Source: Eledone cirrhosa
Lineage: Eukaryota
Direction: 5' to 3'
DNA: 64,000 bases
Assembly: GCA_964016885.1 (NCBI GenBank)
Contig: OZ024753.1
Span: 9,362,001-9,426,000, forward strand
Both the position numbers and the translations under genes were made by a program. Below, one piece after another: positions 37,429 through 50,056 of the stretch; the first letter of the stretch is position 1, and each line of letters opens with the position of its first letter. The notes under the pieces were generated by a model. It worked only from the letters and a program-made list of their open reading frames with translations. It had not been told where the DNA came from and made no database searches.

Positions 37429-38109
37429 AAGATCAATTCAAAGTCAGCACTTTATTTCTAAAGTAAGGTTTGATATTCTACTATGCCATAGGTGAAATGC
37501 AACTTCAGAATATATTTCTACCTCAGTATATATTGTACTTTAAGATAAATTGACTATGAACTGATCAAATCTAGAATGTAAAGTAAAAGAAAAAAGAGAA
37601 AAGAAAAAAGAGAAAAGAAAAACATGAACAAAAGGGTTAATAGATTTGTGTGATTTGTCTGGAAGAGAAATCTTGTATACAATAATTTTGATTCAGGTAG
37701 TTGAGTAACTAAAACACCTTAACTGAATAGCTTAACCAAAATAAAGTAATCAAATGTGTCACAAACAAATTATATGATTTCGAAATGTAAAGAAGTTTCA
37801 ATAAATCTAGAATGTTCTCTAGACTGTCAGCTCATCTGAACTATATTTAATCGCTAACGCAAGGGATTTATAACTAGTGGTAGCCATTTAAAAAAATCTT
37901 TTTAAACTTATTTTTTCTTTATCTTCCTCTCTTCAAACAATCTGATATCTTATCTTTTTCTGTTTAGTTCAACATTTTCATCATCATCATCATCATCACT
38001 ACCACTACCACCATCATTATCATCATTATCAACATCATCATCGCTATTCTTGTAAATATCACTGCCGCAGTCACCGCCACTGCCACCACCATTATTATTA
38101 TTATTATTA

Positions 38110-38514
38110 TAAAGGGTGGTGGATTGGCAGTATCGGTAGAGGGTCTGACACCATGCTTTGACGCATAGAGTTACGGCCCTTGCCATTCTGAGTTCAAATC
38201 CCGCCGAGGTTAACTTTGCCTTTCATCCTTACCGGTGTCGATAAAATAAAGTACCAGTAATACACTGAGATAATTGCTGGCCTTGTGCCAAAAATAGAAA
38301 CTATTATTATTATTATTATAAAGGGCGGTGAATTGGCAGTATCGGTAGAGGGTCGGACGCCATGCTTTCCAGCAAAGAGTTACGGCCCTTTACGGTCTGG
38401 GTTCAAATCCCGCCGAGGTTAACTTTGCCTTTCATCCTTACCGGGGTCGATAAAATAAAGTACCAGTTATGCACTGGGATAATTGCTGGCCTTGTGCCAA
38501 AAGTAGAAACAATT
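38110..38514 (+). mobile_element. Two head-to-tail full-length SINE family B copies
   Basis: AAGGG(T/C)GGTG.ATTGGCAGTATCGGTAGAG...GAGTTCAAATCCCGCCGAGG...GGCCTTGTGCCAAAA.TAGAAAC, separated by (ATT)n. Confidence 0.9.
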
Positions 38515-38925
38515 CTACCGTGAGCTTGGTAGGAGGAAAACTGGAAGAGGGCATTTGCACTAGCAGTCAGGGTAACCGTGGCTTTTCTTGTGGGCTTTCT
38601 CCACGAGCAACCCTCGGAGGTCTCCCCCCTATTGGACAATTTTTAATTGTTTCCTTTCTTTGTCACATACTCTGTTTTTTTTTGTTTTTTTTTACACGCA
38701 GAAATGCCCATTTGTACGGTAATGTATTGTTCTGTACTGTCCTTAATGTTATACTTTGTGTCAACCCTTGTGGTTAATAAAGAAAGCATTATTACACTTA
38801 AAATATAAGAAATCATTATTATCATCCCTACGGGGTCGATAAAATATAGTACCAGTAATGTACTGGGTGATTGCTGGCCTTGTGCCAAAAGTAGAAACAA
38901 TTATTAATATTATTATTATTATTAT

Positions 38926-39192
38926 CACCTGCAAAGGAAGGTGAGGGTGGAGAGAGAAGTGCTGCCCCCCCCCCCCCAGTACGTTTGCTAAAAGGTGGAT
39001 GAATGTGGCGAGAATGGCCCGTGTGAATTTATTTTGTTATATTTATGCATAGTTTATTATATATTTTTTATATCTTCATTGTTAAATTAGTCTTGCCATT
39101 GTGCACTTTTACTCGACCTTATTGTAAACCCCCACTGTCAGTGTCTTTGTATTGTCCCCTACATGTCGGCCCTTGTGGCTGATAAATGAAAT
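38926..39192 (+). mobile_element. Possible L1/Tx1-clade LINE 3' fragment
   Basis: HLQRKVRVEREVL...FAKRWMNVARMARV, then T-rich UTR ending CCCTTGTGGCTGATAAATGAA; similar UTR end at ~38765. Confidence 0.45.
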
Positions 39193-39195
39193 CAT

Positions 39196-39548
39196 TTCTG
39201 AGTTCAAATCCCGCCAAAGTTAACTTTGCCTTTCATCCTTACGGGGTCGATAAAATAAAGTACCAGTAATACACTGGGATGATTGCTGGCCTTGTGCCAA
39301 AAGTAGAAACAATTATTACTATAAGGGCGGTGGATTGGCAGTATCGATAGAGGGTCGGACGCCATGCTTTGCAGCATAGAGCTACGGCCCTTTATGATCT
39401 GAGCTCAAATCCCGCCGAGGTTAACTTTGCCTTTCATCCTTACGGGGGTCGATAAAATAAAGTACCAGTCATGCACTGGGGTCGATTTAATCGACTTTCC
39501 CCTCCCCCCAAATTACTGGCCTTGTGCCTATACTAGAAACCATTATTA
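39196..39548 (+). mobile_element. SINE B tandem (truncated short copy plus full long variant)
   Basis: As above; the second copy carries the GTCGATTTAATCGACTTTCCCCTCCCCC insert. Confidence 0.88.
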
Positions 39549-39849
39549 ATATTATTATTCATTCCCTCTTTGCACCATCCATAGACCATTTTAGTAAGAT
39601 AAGCAGCGACTATAGAACAACTGATAAGACTAATTACAAGGAGAGTCAGATAAAATTTAATTCTTCTAATCCATATTTCTTGAACAAAATCACTCAAAAA
39701 AATACCTAAAGTCTTCACAGGAATCCGGAACAAGACGACAATATCACCATTATCTTTTACAAACAGAATTAACATTTCAAATTTGTCAGTTTCTAATAAT
39801 GAGAATTGCACAGACTTATTAGACGAAGGACTTATTGATGTTGTTGTTG

Positions 39850-40030
39850 TTGGCAGTATCGGTAGAGGGTCGGACGCCATGCTTTGACGCATGGAGTTAC
39901 GGCCCTTGCCATTCTGAGTTCAAATCCCGCCGAGATTAACTTTGCCTTTCATCCTTACGGGGTCGATAAAATAAAGTACCAGTAATACACTGGGTAATTG
40001 CTGGCCTTGTGCCAAAAGTAGAAACAATTA
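39850..40030 (+). mobile_element. SINE family B
   Basis: TTGGCAGTATCGGTAGAGG...AAGTAGAAACAATT. Confidence 0.88.
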
Positions 40031-40059
40031 TTATTGTTATTATCATTATTATTATTGTT

Positions 40060-40574
40060 ATTCCTTGAATCTCAGTCATTGATGTTGGTTAACTGGAAAG
40101 TCCGTTGGATTGAATATCAAGCCACTACCTGCAGCCTCAGATATTCAGGACGTATCGGAGGGTTCTTGCCGTTCCAAGCAAGCATGCCTTTTGAAGCGTT
40201 CCAAAAAGCGTGAAGGGGCCGATTTTCTTTAACCATCCCTGGAAACCTTTGGAGATAGTCCCCAGTGCGCCTATGACAATCGGGATCACTTTGACTTCAT
40301 GGCAGTTCCAAATCCTTTTCACCTCCCACTTTAGGTCCTGGTATCGGTTAATTTTCTCCCTCTCCTTCTCTTGCACTCTCGTGTCGAACGGGCAGGCCAC
40401 ATCCACAATCAGGCACGATCTTTTTTCTTTGTCCACAACCACCAGGTCAGGTCTATTGTGTTCCAGTTTTTTGTCCGTCTGTATCCTAAAATCCCACAGC
40501 ACCTTCACCTGACTGTTCTCCATCACCGCCTCTGGCCTATGCTCATACCATTTCTCAGAATGTGGTAGATTGTT
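40060..40574 (-). mobile_element. R4/Dong-like retrotransposon 3' fragment in (TAA)n
   Basis: VLWDFRIQTDKKLEHNRPDLVVVDK..IVDVACPFD..EKINRYQDL...IPIVIGALG; flanked by TAA/CAA tracts. Confidence 0.9.
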
Positions 40575-41129
40575 TACTTTATTATTGTTATTATCATTAT
40601 TATTATTGTTATTATCATTATTATTATTGTTGTTGTTATTGTTTTTGTTGTTGTTGTTATTGTTTTCGTTATTGTTATTATTGTTTTTGTTATTGTTATT
40701 TTTGTTATTGTTATTATTCTAAATAAATAAATAATGAATAAATATAAAAATAAAGAAACCATTATTATTATTGCTGTTGTTTTTGTTATTGTTGTTATTG
40801 TTGTTATTATGATTATCTTTTCTTCTTTTTGAAATTGTTGAAACTGTTTACAAGCAAAAACCAGACACTAACACATACTCACATACACACACACACCAAA
40901 ACATACACACAAACACATACGCACACACCAACACACACACACTCCAACACATACTCACACACAAACACACACTTATACACCAACGCACACACCCCAACAC
41001 ACACACACATACACACACCAACATATACTCACACACAAACACATATGCACACACAAACACATACACACATCAACAGGTATTCCCAGGTATTCCCATAAAA
41101 ACCCTAATTAGTATAACAAACCCATTTCA

Positions 41130-41785
41130 AATAACCCCCTGTGCTGATAGGAAATGCATAGTCTGCAAGCTAAGCTCACAAACTAACTGCAAAACTAGGA
41201 ATGTAGTATATAGCATACAATATACTGAGGGACAGTGTAGGAATAAGAATATAACATATATAGGTGAGACAGCCCATAGCATAGGAGAAAGGATAAGTGA
41301 ATACTGGCGAGAACTCCAGGTTGGGAAAAACTCATCAGTACTCCACCAACATGCCAAAAATAGAACATAGGGGCACATTAGAGAACATAGAGATAAAAAT
41401 TATATCCACACATAGAAAAGATGCAATGCTCAGACAAATCACAGAGGCGACAGACATAAACGAACTCCAACAAAAATTAAACAGAAAAGATGAGTGGAAT
41501 AGCAGCATCACAACTACTAATTAAGGACAAAATGAAGACATACAGACACACACAAAAACCAAACTAACAAAACAAATCAGACACACACAGATAGAACAAA
41601 CAACCAACTAGCAACAAATAAATAAACACATAAATAAATAAAAACACACACCTGGATGTAACACATGTGCAAACTAAGCACACAACATGCAAAAACAAGA
41701 TGGTGTAGGACAGAACAAAGGAGAGACATAAAATAAAAACCTAATCACTGAGGAGGTCACAGAATGTGTGATGAAAGAGCTTTAA
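41130..41785 (+). mobile_element. Penelope-like element 3' fragment: Cys-rich linker, GIY-YIG endonuclease, 3' region with hammerhead motif
   Basis: PCADRKCIVC..NCKTRNVVYSI..TYIGETAHSIGERISE..HQH..DAMLRQITEA..LNRKDEW; CTGAGGA-G-GTCACA..TGTGAT-GAAA at 41748-41776. Confidence 0.85.
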
Positions 41786-41959
41786 CAATATATAAACAAC
41801 TGTCTGGTTATCAAACCAACCAACCGGAAATTTATAATAAATTGAAGTGCAAACCAACAGGTGCGTGTGTTTTTATTGGCAACATGACCCTCCCAAAGTA
41901 TAACAATATCTGTTTCAACACACATTTTCAAATAAGAATTCTTGCAAAATAAATTGAAA

Positions 41960-42259
41960 AACTCAGAGCTGTATGGGAGCATCCCAAAAGTCAGCTCAAA
42001 AGTGACACAGAGGAGACTGAGGTTAGCTGGACATGCTCACCGACATCCAGAGTTGACATTGCACTCAGTGCTCCTGTGGGAGCCCCTACATGGACACACT
42101 AGAAGAGGAAGACCAAGGTTAACGTATGTTGATGCCCTAAGGACAGACACTGGTCTGTTGGAGACGCAGGACATGGCAGCGATAATGAGGGACAGAGACC
42201 GCTGGAGAGAACTCGTCCATGGATCTTGGGAATTTTACCCGCCTTAGATAGATAGATAG

Positions 42260-42262
<3 letters not shown>
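41960..42262 (+). mobile_element. RTE-like LINE 3' end (distinct family, (GATA)n tail)
   Basis: NSELYG..RRLRLAGH..LLWEP..RGRPRLTYVD..DRDRWR, followed by (TAGA)n. Confidence 0.8.
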
Positions 42263-42298
<36 letters not shown>

Positions 42299-42720
42299 CG
42301 CTGAATTTATATTTGCATTAATCTCCCGAGTCTTACAATTAACCTGTTAATAATTCTATTGACAGATTAATTGCATAAGTTTATTTTAAAATTACCCGGT
42401 TGAGTGCTTATTTGGTTTGTGCTATTTATGCAATTTGTTGCATGATTCACGCATACTGAATTCATTTGCCAAAATCTGGGGTTTTTCCCCTTGTGAGTTA
42501 CGCATGTGCTTTTACAAAGCCCTGCATCATTCACAAAGTTGGCGCAGAGCAAAATACCTGTTGATAACGTCATATTCCTTGTTCGATCATTATACCAAAA
42601 GCTTATAATTAAGCTGATAGTATTATTGATTTAGGTGTCATAGAAACCCTGCATTTGGCTTTTACCATCAATTCCAATGGGGCCAGGTCGGTTACATATG
42701 TGTATATGTATATATATATA

Positions 42721-43073
42721 TCATCATCATCATCATCATCAACGTTTAACGTCCGTGTTCCACGCTTGCATGGGTTTGGACGGGAGTTTTCCCACTTGAG
42801 GCAAGAGTGATTGTCTTGCTTGCATAGGACTGTCTGGCAGGTTTTCTACAGTTGGATGCCCTTCCCAACACCAACCACATTTACAGTGTGGGTCTGGGAG
42901 GTTTTTACTGTGTTGCCTACACGGCCACATTACAGCGTGGACTGTGTGTTTTTTTTGTCGTGACACCTACACGATCTCATTTGTTTCGGCCTGGATGGTG
43001 TGGCACCAACATAACTTTACATAGAGGGGGCGGTGTGGATGGGGTGGGGGTGGTGGGATGGGTGTGTATTTTG
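42721..43073 (-). mobile_element. RTE 3'UTR (family of 47899/61863)
   Basis: Closely matches 61863-62219. Confidence 0.88.
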
Positions 43074-43543
43074 TATATATATGATTTTTATCATTTATTT
43101 TGTTTGACCTGTTTAGCTTGACTTGTTTTTTGGCTTAGGTGGTTAATGCCTTCTTGACCACTTTTTCAGTTTGTATGGCCTTTTAACACATATATGTTTA
43201 GCTCTGGTTTTTTAATGGAGCGCTTGCCAGCATAACTCAGATTTTGCATTTCGTTTCGCTTTTTCTACCCGCTGAAATGCGATTCTCGCTGAATTTAAGT
43301 TGTTCCAAATTGAAGGTTGAGTACTTTAGACTTTGTTTTATCATGAGTTAAGGCTCTATTGATTTTTCCCTGGATTTCTCTAAATTCTGTTGGATAAATC
43401 TATATCCTGATTCCTTTTGAATTGAGTCTGAATTATTTTTCCCATATCTTATGTTAACTATTTTCCCATTTTGACGCTATAGTCACATATATGTTATGGA
43501 ATACTGTTAGCTTCTCGTTATAACAATTTCTATACTTTTCATT

Positions 43544-43592
<49 letters not shown>

Positions 43593-43619
43593 ATATATAA
43601 AATATAATATAATATAATA

Positions 43620-43740
43620 AATAACATATTATAATTATTCCGTTACCCAAGGTTTCATGAAATTGGATGATTCTAACAGAAACGTCTTTTCATGAAACCT
43701 TGGGTAATGGAATAATTATATTGTGTTGTTTATTATATAA
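43620..43740. repeat. Palindromic element related to 44007-44272
   Basis: ATAATTATTCCGTTACCCAAGGTTTCATGAAA pairs with TTTCATGAAACCTTGGGTAATGGAATAATTAT. Confidence 0.8.
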
Positions 43741-43868
43741 TCAAATAGCTCTGTACTATACATAGAGCACTCTTCATTCCTTTACTTTTTCAACGGAAAT
43801 ACTTAACACACTTATACATATATATAGCTTGCTGAACACACAAGCTCAATGCTTCACACACGATTTTA

Positions 43869-43942
<74 letters not shown>

Positions 43943-44006
43943 AATGAAGTAATTCCGTCGGAAAAGTCCAGGAAAAGAGAGTGCTCTATGTAGGTAACAG
44001 AGCTTA

Positions 44007-44272
44007 ATAGTTATGTAATAAACAACATAAGGCAATTATTTCATTTACCAGTGGTTTCTTAAAAGCAAAAAAATGTTGCTTTCAATCATCAGAATGAAAA
44101 AATCCTGGTGTATTTATTGGTATTGGATTCTAAAAACCCAGGTTTTTAAAATCCAACGCCAATAAATACACCAGGAATTTTTCATTCTGATGATTGAAAG
44201 CAACATTTTTTTGCTTTTAAGAAACCACTGGTAAATGAAATAATTGCCTTATGTTGTTTATTACATAACTAT
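44007..44272. repeat. Near-perfect palindrome, ~130-bp arms
   Basis: ATAGTTATGTAATAAAC...AAAAACC pairs with GGTTTTT...GTTTATTACATAACTAT. Confidence 0.92.
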
Positions 44273-44302
44273 ATATATATATATATATATAACAAAGGAA
44301 TT

Positions 44303-44487
44303 GTGGTAAGGAACCAAATGGACCATAACGCACCAGAGTACTCAATACTTAGGGTAGTAGAGTGGGAAATAGGAAAAAGTATGACCCCGACGGCAGAGTT
44401 CAAGCCGTTTCGACGGCTATTTCTGGACTCCAGAAATAACTGTCAAAACGGCTTGAGCTCTGCCGCCGGGGTCATACTTTTTCCTAT
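44303..44487. repeat. Palindromic TA-inserted MITE-like family (relatives at 28324-28460, 49875-50013, 58821-58935)
   Basis: Shared GGACCATAAC..GAGTACTCAATACTT..GTAGTAGAGTGGG and GAAAAGA.TCA..CTGAGCTC modules; hairpin at 44369-44487. Confidence 0.75.
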
Positions 44488-44762
44488 ATATATATACATA
44501 TATATATGAATGCATACATTGTAGTCAATCCTCTACCCCACTAATATATACATAATATGTAATACAGAAATAAATATATATACATAAATATACATATATA
44601 TACATAAATATACATATATGTATATGTATATTTATATAAATATACATATATATACATAAATATACATATATGTATATGTATATTTATATAAATATACATA
44701 TATATACATAAATATATTTATATAAATATACATATATATACGTAAATATACATATATGTATA

Positions 44763-44819
<57 letters not shown>

Positions 44820-45291
44820 AAGTGGGGAAAATGTGATTGGACAAAAATAAAACATAAAATGAGGAAAAACATTGTGCATATTTATCCATTGAACAACTTG
44901 ACCTCCACATTTGCACATAGAATTTTTTTTTTAGAATTTGATATTTTAATTTGGTAGTAAAATGTCAGCAAGTCATTCTCTCATTGACATTCAGAAACAC
45001 CTGACAGCAAAGTTCAAAAACTATCTTCAATGACATTATTGTATTTTTTACACATTTTTCTAGTATTTGTAGGCATGTATTTAAATTTTATTTATTTTCT
45101 GTTTACAGTATAACTGCAGTCTGAAGACTGGAATCAGTTGGGTGGGGAGGAAAAAAAAAAAAAAAAAAAAAAGCCAAATATTATAAATATGATGCCTTGT
45201 AGTATTTGTTCGGACTTTTTTTGTTTTCTGAGTTCTCGATATAGAATATAAAGAGCCGAAGCTAAATACTGCAGGATGTTTTGAATAATTA

Positions 45292-45920
45292 TAATGATTT
45301 CTAGTATAGGCACAAGGCCAGTAATTTGGGGGGGAGGAGGAAGTCGATAAATTGACCCCAGTACATTACTGGTACTTTATTTTATCGACCCCGTAAGGAT
45401 GAAAGGCAAAGTTAACCGCGGCGGGATTTGAACTCAAACCGTAAAGGGCCGTAACTCTAAGCTGCAAAGCATGGCGTCCGACGCTCTACCAATCCATGAT
45501 GATGATGATGATGATGATAATTGTTTCTACTTTTGAGACAAGGCCAGCAATTATCCTAGTGCATTATGTTCTGAGTTCAAATCCCACCAAGGTTAACTTT
45601 GCCTTTCATCTTTACGGGGGTCGATAAAATAAAGTACCAGTAATGCACTGGGATAATTGCTGGCCTTATGCCAAAAGTAGAAACCATTATTATTAGGGTG
45701 ATGGATTGGCAGTATCAGTAGAGGGTCAGACACCATGCTTTGCAGCATGGAGTTATAGTCCCTTTACGGTCTGAGTTCAAATCCCACTGAGGTTATCTTT
45801 GCCTTTCATCCTTATGGGGTCGATAAAATAAAGTACCAGTAATGCACTAGAGTCGATTTAATTGACTTTCCCCTCCCCAAAATTGCTGGCCTTGTGCCTA
45901 AGGTAGAAACAATTATTATT
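45292..45920. mobile_element. Cluster of SINE B copies in both orientations
   Basis: Minus copy ~45295-45495; plus copies ~45570-45690 and ~45695-45915. Confidence 0.85.
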
Positions 45921-47155
45921 AATATCATCATTATTATTATTATTACTATTGTTGTTGTTTTCAATTTACAGGGAAATACTTATATTTAGCATGTTTACAT
46001 GTCTATATATTCAATGTGGACATTTTTATCAACATTTATGAAGTCAGGGTTACTTTGATACTGTATATATACAGATATAAATTGGTCATATACTTTAGCT
46101 ACTTAGCATGCAACTTAATAAATATTTTAAGGTTTATTTGGCCTTGTGCTTTTTAAAGATATTTTAATACACTTTTGTCGAATATCTATATAGGAGATTG
46201 AACCCAGTAATAAATATTTTGAATCGCTATAAATTGTCTATATTCCTCTAATGTATTTGATAATACCAAAACCAAATGTGGAATATATAATCTGAAAAGA
46301 TAAAGTAATAATTATAGCTTTAGTTTCGACAATGTCTGACTTTGGACAAGAAACTGAATCACTTCAAATTAATTTCATATAAACACAAGCAATTCTGAGC
46401 TTTCGAACATCCATCTTATGAAAGTTTGATGATTGCTTGTGTTGTGTCATAATTAAACCCTCTGAAATCTTTCATCTCTTAATTTGATGTGAGATTTGAT
46501 GCAAGATAACAATTACATTAGCTCTTTAAAAGATTTCCTGCAAAGATGCCAAAATATCAAATGATTCCAATTTATCTGAGAAATGGCTTTTTATTGGTGC
46601 AATATATAGCCTGATATTTAAAATGTTATATGTGCGTGTATGATACAAACTCAACTAATATGGTTGTAAGAGGATATAAACCAATAGCAAATTGGCGCAG
46701 ACACTGTGTCTCTGTGTTAATCATATAAACAAATGTATGCATAGCTTAGTCATGTTGTCCAGTTTGAAGTTTATCATTATATAGTTTTCATTTTTCATAT
46801 TTTCTCTTGTTTGCTATGTTAGAATTTAGTAATTTGAATGTTTGGGAACCGTCCACAGACCTTTTACCCTTGGTATATTGAATTTCAATATGTTTCAGAA
46901 ATATGCAAAAGCATGAAATAGCTGTCAAAGCAGGTTCATGACCATCCTGTTCTTGAAAAATGTGAAAACCTTGAAAGAAGTAATTGCAGAAGAAAAAGGC
47001 AATGTAATCATTTTTAGTGTATAAGGCTGCCATTGTTTCAGTAAAATTCACTGGAGGGGATTCAGAATTTCACATTGTTTGGCTATTGGTTATTGCAGAC
47101 ATTTTACAGTATATATATATGTGTGTGTCTGTGTGTCTGTGTGTGTCTGTGCGTG

Positions 47156-47192
<37 letters not shown>

Positions 47193-47307
47193 CTGGGTAT
47201 GTGATTGTGTGTATATGTATGTATATATATATATATATGTGTGTGCGTGTGTCTGTGTATGTGATTGTGTGTATATGTATATATACACATGGGTGATGTG
47301 TTGTTTC

Positions 47308-47577
47308 CCGGGTGATGTGTTGTTTCCTTGAGCAAGACACTTTATTTCACATTGCTCCAGTTTACTCAGCTGTAGAAATGAGATGATAGGGACTGGGGTC
47401 CCTATCATTCCACTGCAAAGTGGTCGTGGAGGTGTCGCGGCAAAAAAGCACCCAGCACTCACTGTAAATGAGGTTGGTGTTAGGAAGGGCATCCAGCTGT
47501 AGAAATCAAGCCAGAATCAGTTCCCGTCCCACCCTTGCAAGCAGGGAAAAGCGGACATAAAATGAAATGATGATGAT
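47308..47577 (+). mobile_element. SINE A, 5'-truncated, within (TG/TA) composite repeat
   Basis: CCGGGTGATGTGTTGTTTCCTTGAGCAAG... to the short-UTR tail. Confidence 0.88.
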
Positions 47578-47683
47578 ATATATATATATATATGTGTGTG
47601 TCTGTGTGTGTGTTATTTGTTTGCGCATGTGTGTGTATATATATATGTGTGTGTGTGTCTGTGTATGTGATTGTGTGTATATG

Positions 47684-47714
<31 letters not shown>

Positions 47715-47739
47715 CTGTGTATGTGATTGTGTGTATATG

Positions 47740-47770
<31 letters not shown>

Positions 47771-47898
47771 CTGTGTGTGTGTGTATGTATGTATATATCA
47801 TCATCATCATCTTTGTTTAACATCCATTTTCCACACAAGCATGGATATATATATATGTCTGCGTCTGTTTCTGTGTGTCAATATGTATCTATGTATAT

Positions 47899-49788
47899 AT
47901 CATCATCATCATCATCATCAACGTTTAACGTCCGTGTTCCACGCTTGCATGGGTTTGGACGGGGGTAGTCCCACTTGAGGCAAGAGTGATTGTCTTGCTC
48001 GCATAGGACTGTCTGGCAGGTTTTCTACAGTTGGATGCCCTTCCTAACACCAACCACATTTACAGTGTGGGTCTGGGAGGTTTTTACCGTGTTGCCTACA
48101 CAGCCACATTACAGCGTGGACTGTGTGTTTTTTTGTCGTGACACCTACACGATCTCATTTGTTTCGGCCTGGATGGCGCGGCACCAACATAACTTTACAT
48201 AGAACGGGGTGGTGTGGATGGGGTGGGGGTGGTGGCGGGACGGGGTGTATTTTGTTAGAGATGCCTACTGGCAAGGCGGGTCTTCTCTGTTACTGAGTAC
48301 CGCCAAAGGTCTCGGTCCAGTGACATTGTCTTGGAGAGGTGTAAGTGTGTGAGGTCGGAGTTTATCAGCTCATCCCATGTTTTTCTAGGTCTGCCTATTC
48401 CGTGGCTACCGTCTATCTTTATTGCCCTGCACTTTGTTATACAGCTATCGACTTTCATGCGCATCACGTGTCCATACCAACGCAGCCTTCTCTCGAGTAA
48501 ACAACATCTGATCCCTCTTATCTCTAATTTTTTCCTTAGTTAGTTTATGCTTTGCCGTTCACGTATATTACTGTTACACATCCAGCGGAGCATGCAAGCT
48601 TCGTTCCTCTCTAGTCTGCGTATATCCTCTGCACACAATGCCCAGGTCTCACTACCATGCAACATTGCTGTTCGTATGCAGGCATCGTACAACCTGCCTT
48701 TCATTTTTAGGGAGAACCCTTTAGCAGCTAATAGTGGTATAAGCTCTCTGAACTTTTTCCAACCAGTTCTGACTCTAGCTACAGTACTTTCAGAGCACCC
48801 TCCCCCACTGCTGATTTTATCGCCCAGGTAACGGAAGCTGTCCACTATTTCTATAGAACCCTCTGCGCAATTGAAAGAGCTAGTATTTTGTGGGGACTTG
48901 CTGCTACTTATTGCACCAGAACACCGGCCACATGTAAAATCTATGTTCTTAGTTAGCTTACCTGTGATCCCACTACATCTTTTATGCACCCATACTTTGC
49001 ATTTAGGACATAAAATGGAGTTTCTACCTACGCCTTTCCTACACACCGAGCACGACCATTTCCCAGAAGGGACCGCCGCCTTGTTTTCTTTCCTACAAAC
49101 TAGAACTTTGGTCTTAGCCAGGTTAATTTTAAGTCCTTTTGACTCTAGGCCGTGCTTCCATGTTTGGAATTTCTTCTCTAGCTCGGCCATTGATTCCGCT
49201 ATGAGTGTCAGGTCGTCTGCGTATAGGAGTTCCCATGGGCAGCCTGTCTTGAACTCCTCTGTTATAGCCTGAAGGGCAATAATAAATAGTAGGGGGCTGA
49301 GAACAGAGCCCTGATGGACGCCAACTTTTACGCTAAACTCTTCACTATATTCGTTGTTAATTCTAACCTTGCTGACTGTTTCTTTATACATGGCTTGTAT
49401 AGCCCTCACAAGCCATTCGTCAACGCCTAGTTTTCTAAGAGCCCACCAGATAATGGAGCGGGGGACTCTGTCGAAGGCTTTCTCCAGGTCGACAAAAGCT
49501 AAGTAGAGGGGTTTACCTTTAGCTAGGTACTTCTCCTGTAGTTGTCGTACTATGAAAAGAGCGTCTGTGGTGCTTTTGCCTGACACAAACCCGAACTGCA
49601 TTTCATCTAGGTCAATTCTCTCTCTGATTAGTTGCGCTATTACTTTTTCCGTGACCTTCATGACCTGGTCGATTAATTTAATGCCTCTATAGTTACTCCT
49701 ATCTAGGGCGTCTCCTTTACCCTTATAACAGTTAACGATGATGCTGCTATGCCAGTCCTTCGGAACAACCCCATTCTGTACGACTTGG

Positions 49789-49789
<1 letters not shown>
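47899..49789 (-). mobile_element. Young RTE-clade LINE, 5'-truncated at (TA)n, one premature stop
   Basis: RT motifs NYRGIKL, AFVDLEKAFD, QGSVLSP, YADD; near-identical to 61863-63756; stop at ~48540. Confidence 0.95.
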
Positions 49790-49859
<70 letters not shown>

Positions 49860-50024
49860 AATATATACATATATATCAGATAGGGTATGGTAAAATACCA
49901 GATGGACCATAACCCACTAGAGTACTCAATACTTGGTGTAGTAGAGTGGGTAATCTGAAAAGATTCAGGAACTGAGCTCCAGCCATTTCAACAGCTAGAT
50001 CCGAACCTTTTCATACATACATAT

Positions 50025-50025
<1 letters not shown>

Positions 50026-50056
<31 letters not shown>

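Noticed and set aside
39545-39840. Possible LINE fragment (IPVKTLG motif, minus strand)
   Set aside because: Single weak motif; could not be extended.
46382-46443. SECIS element
   Set aside because: Helix II is too short and AA spacing is wrong; no selenoprotein CDS is visible. Kept only as a generic hairpin.
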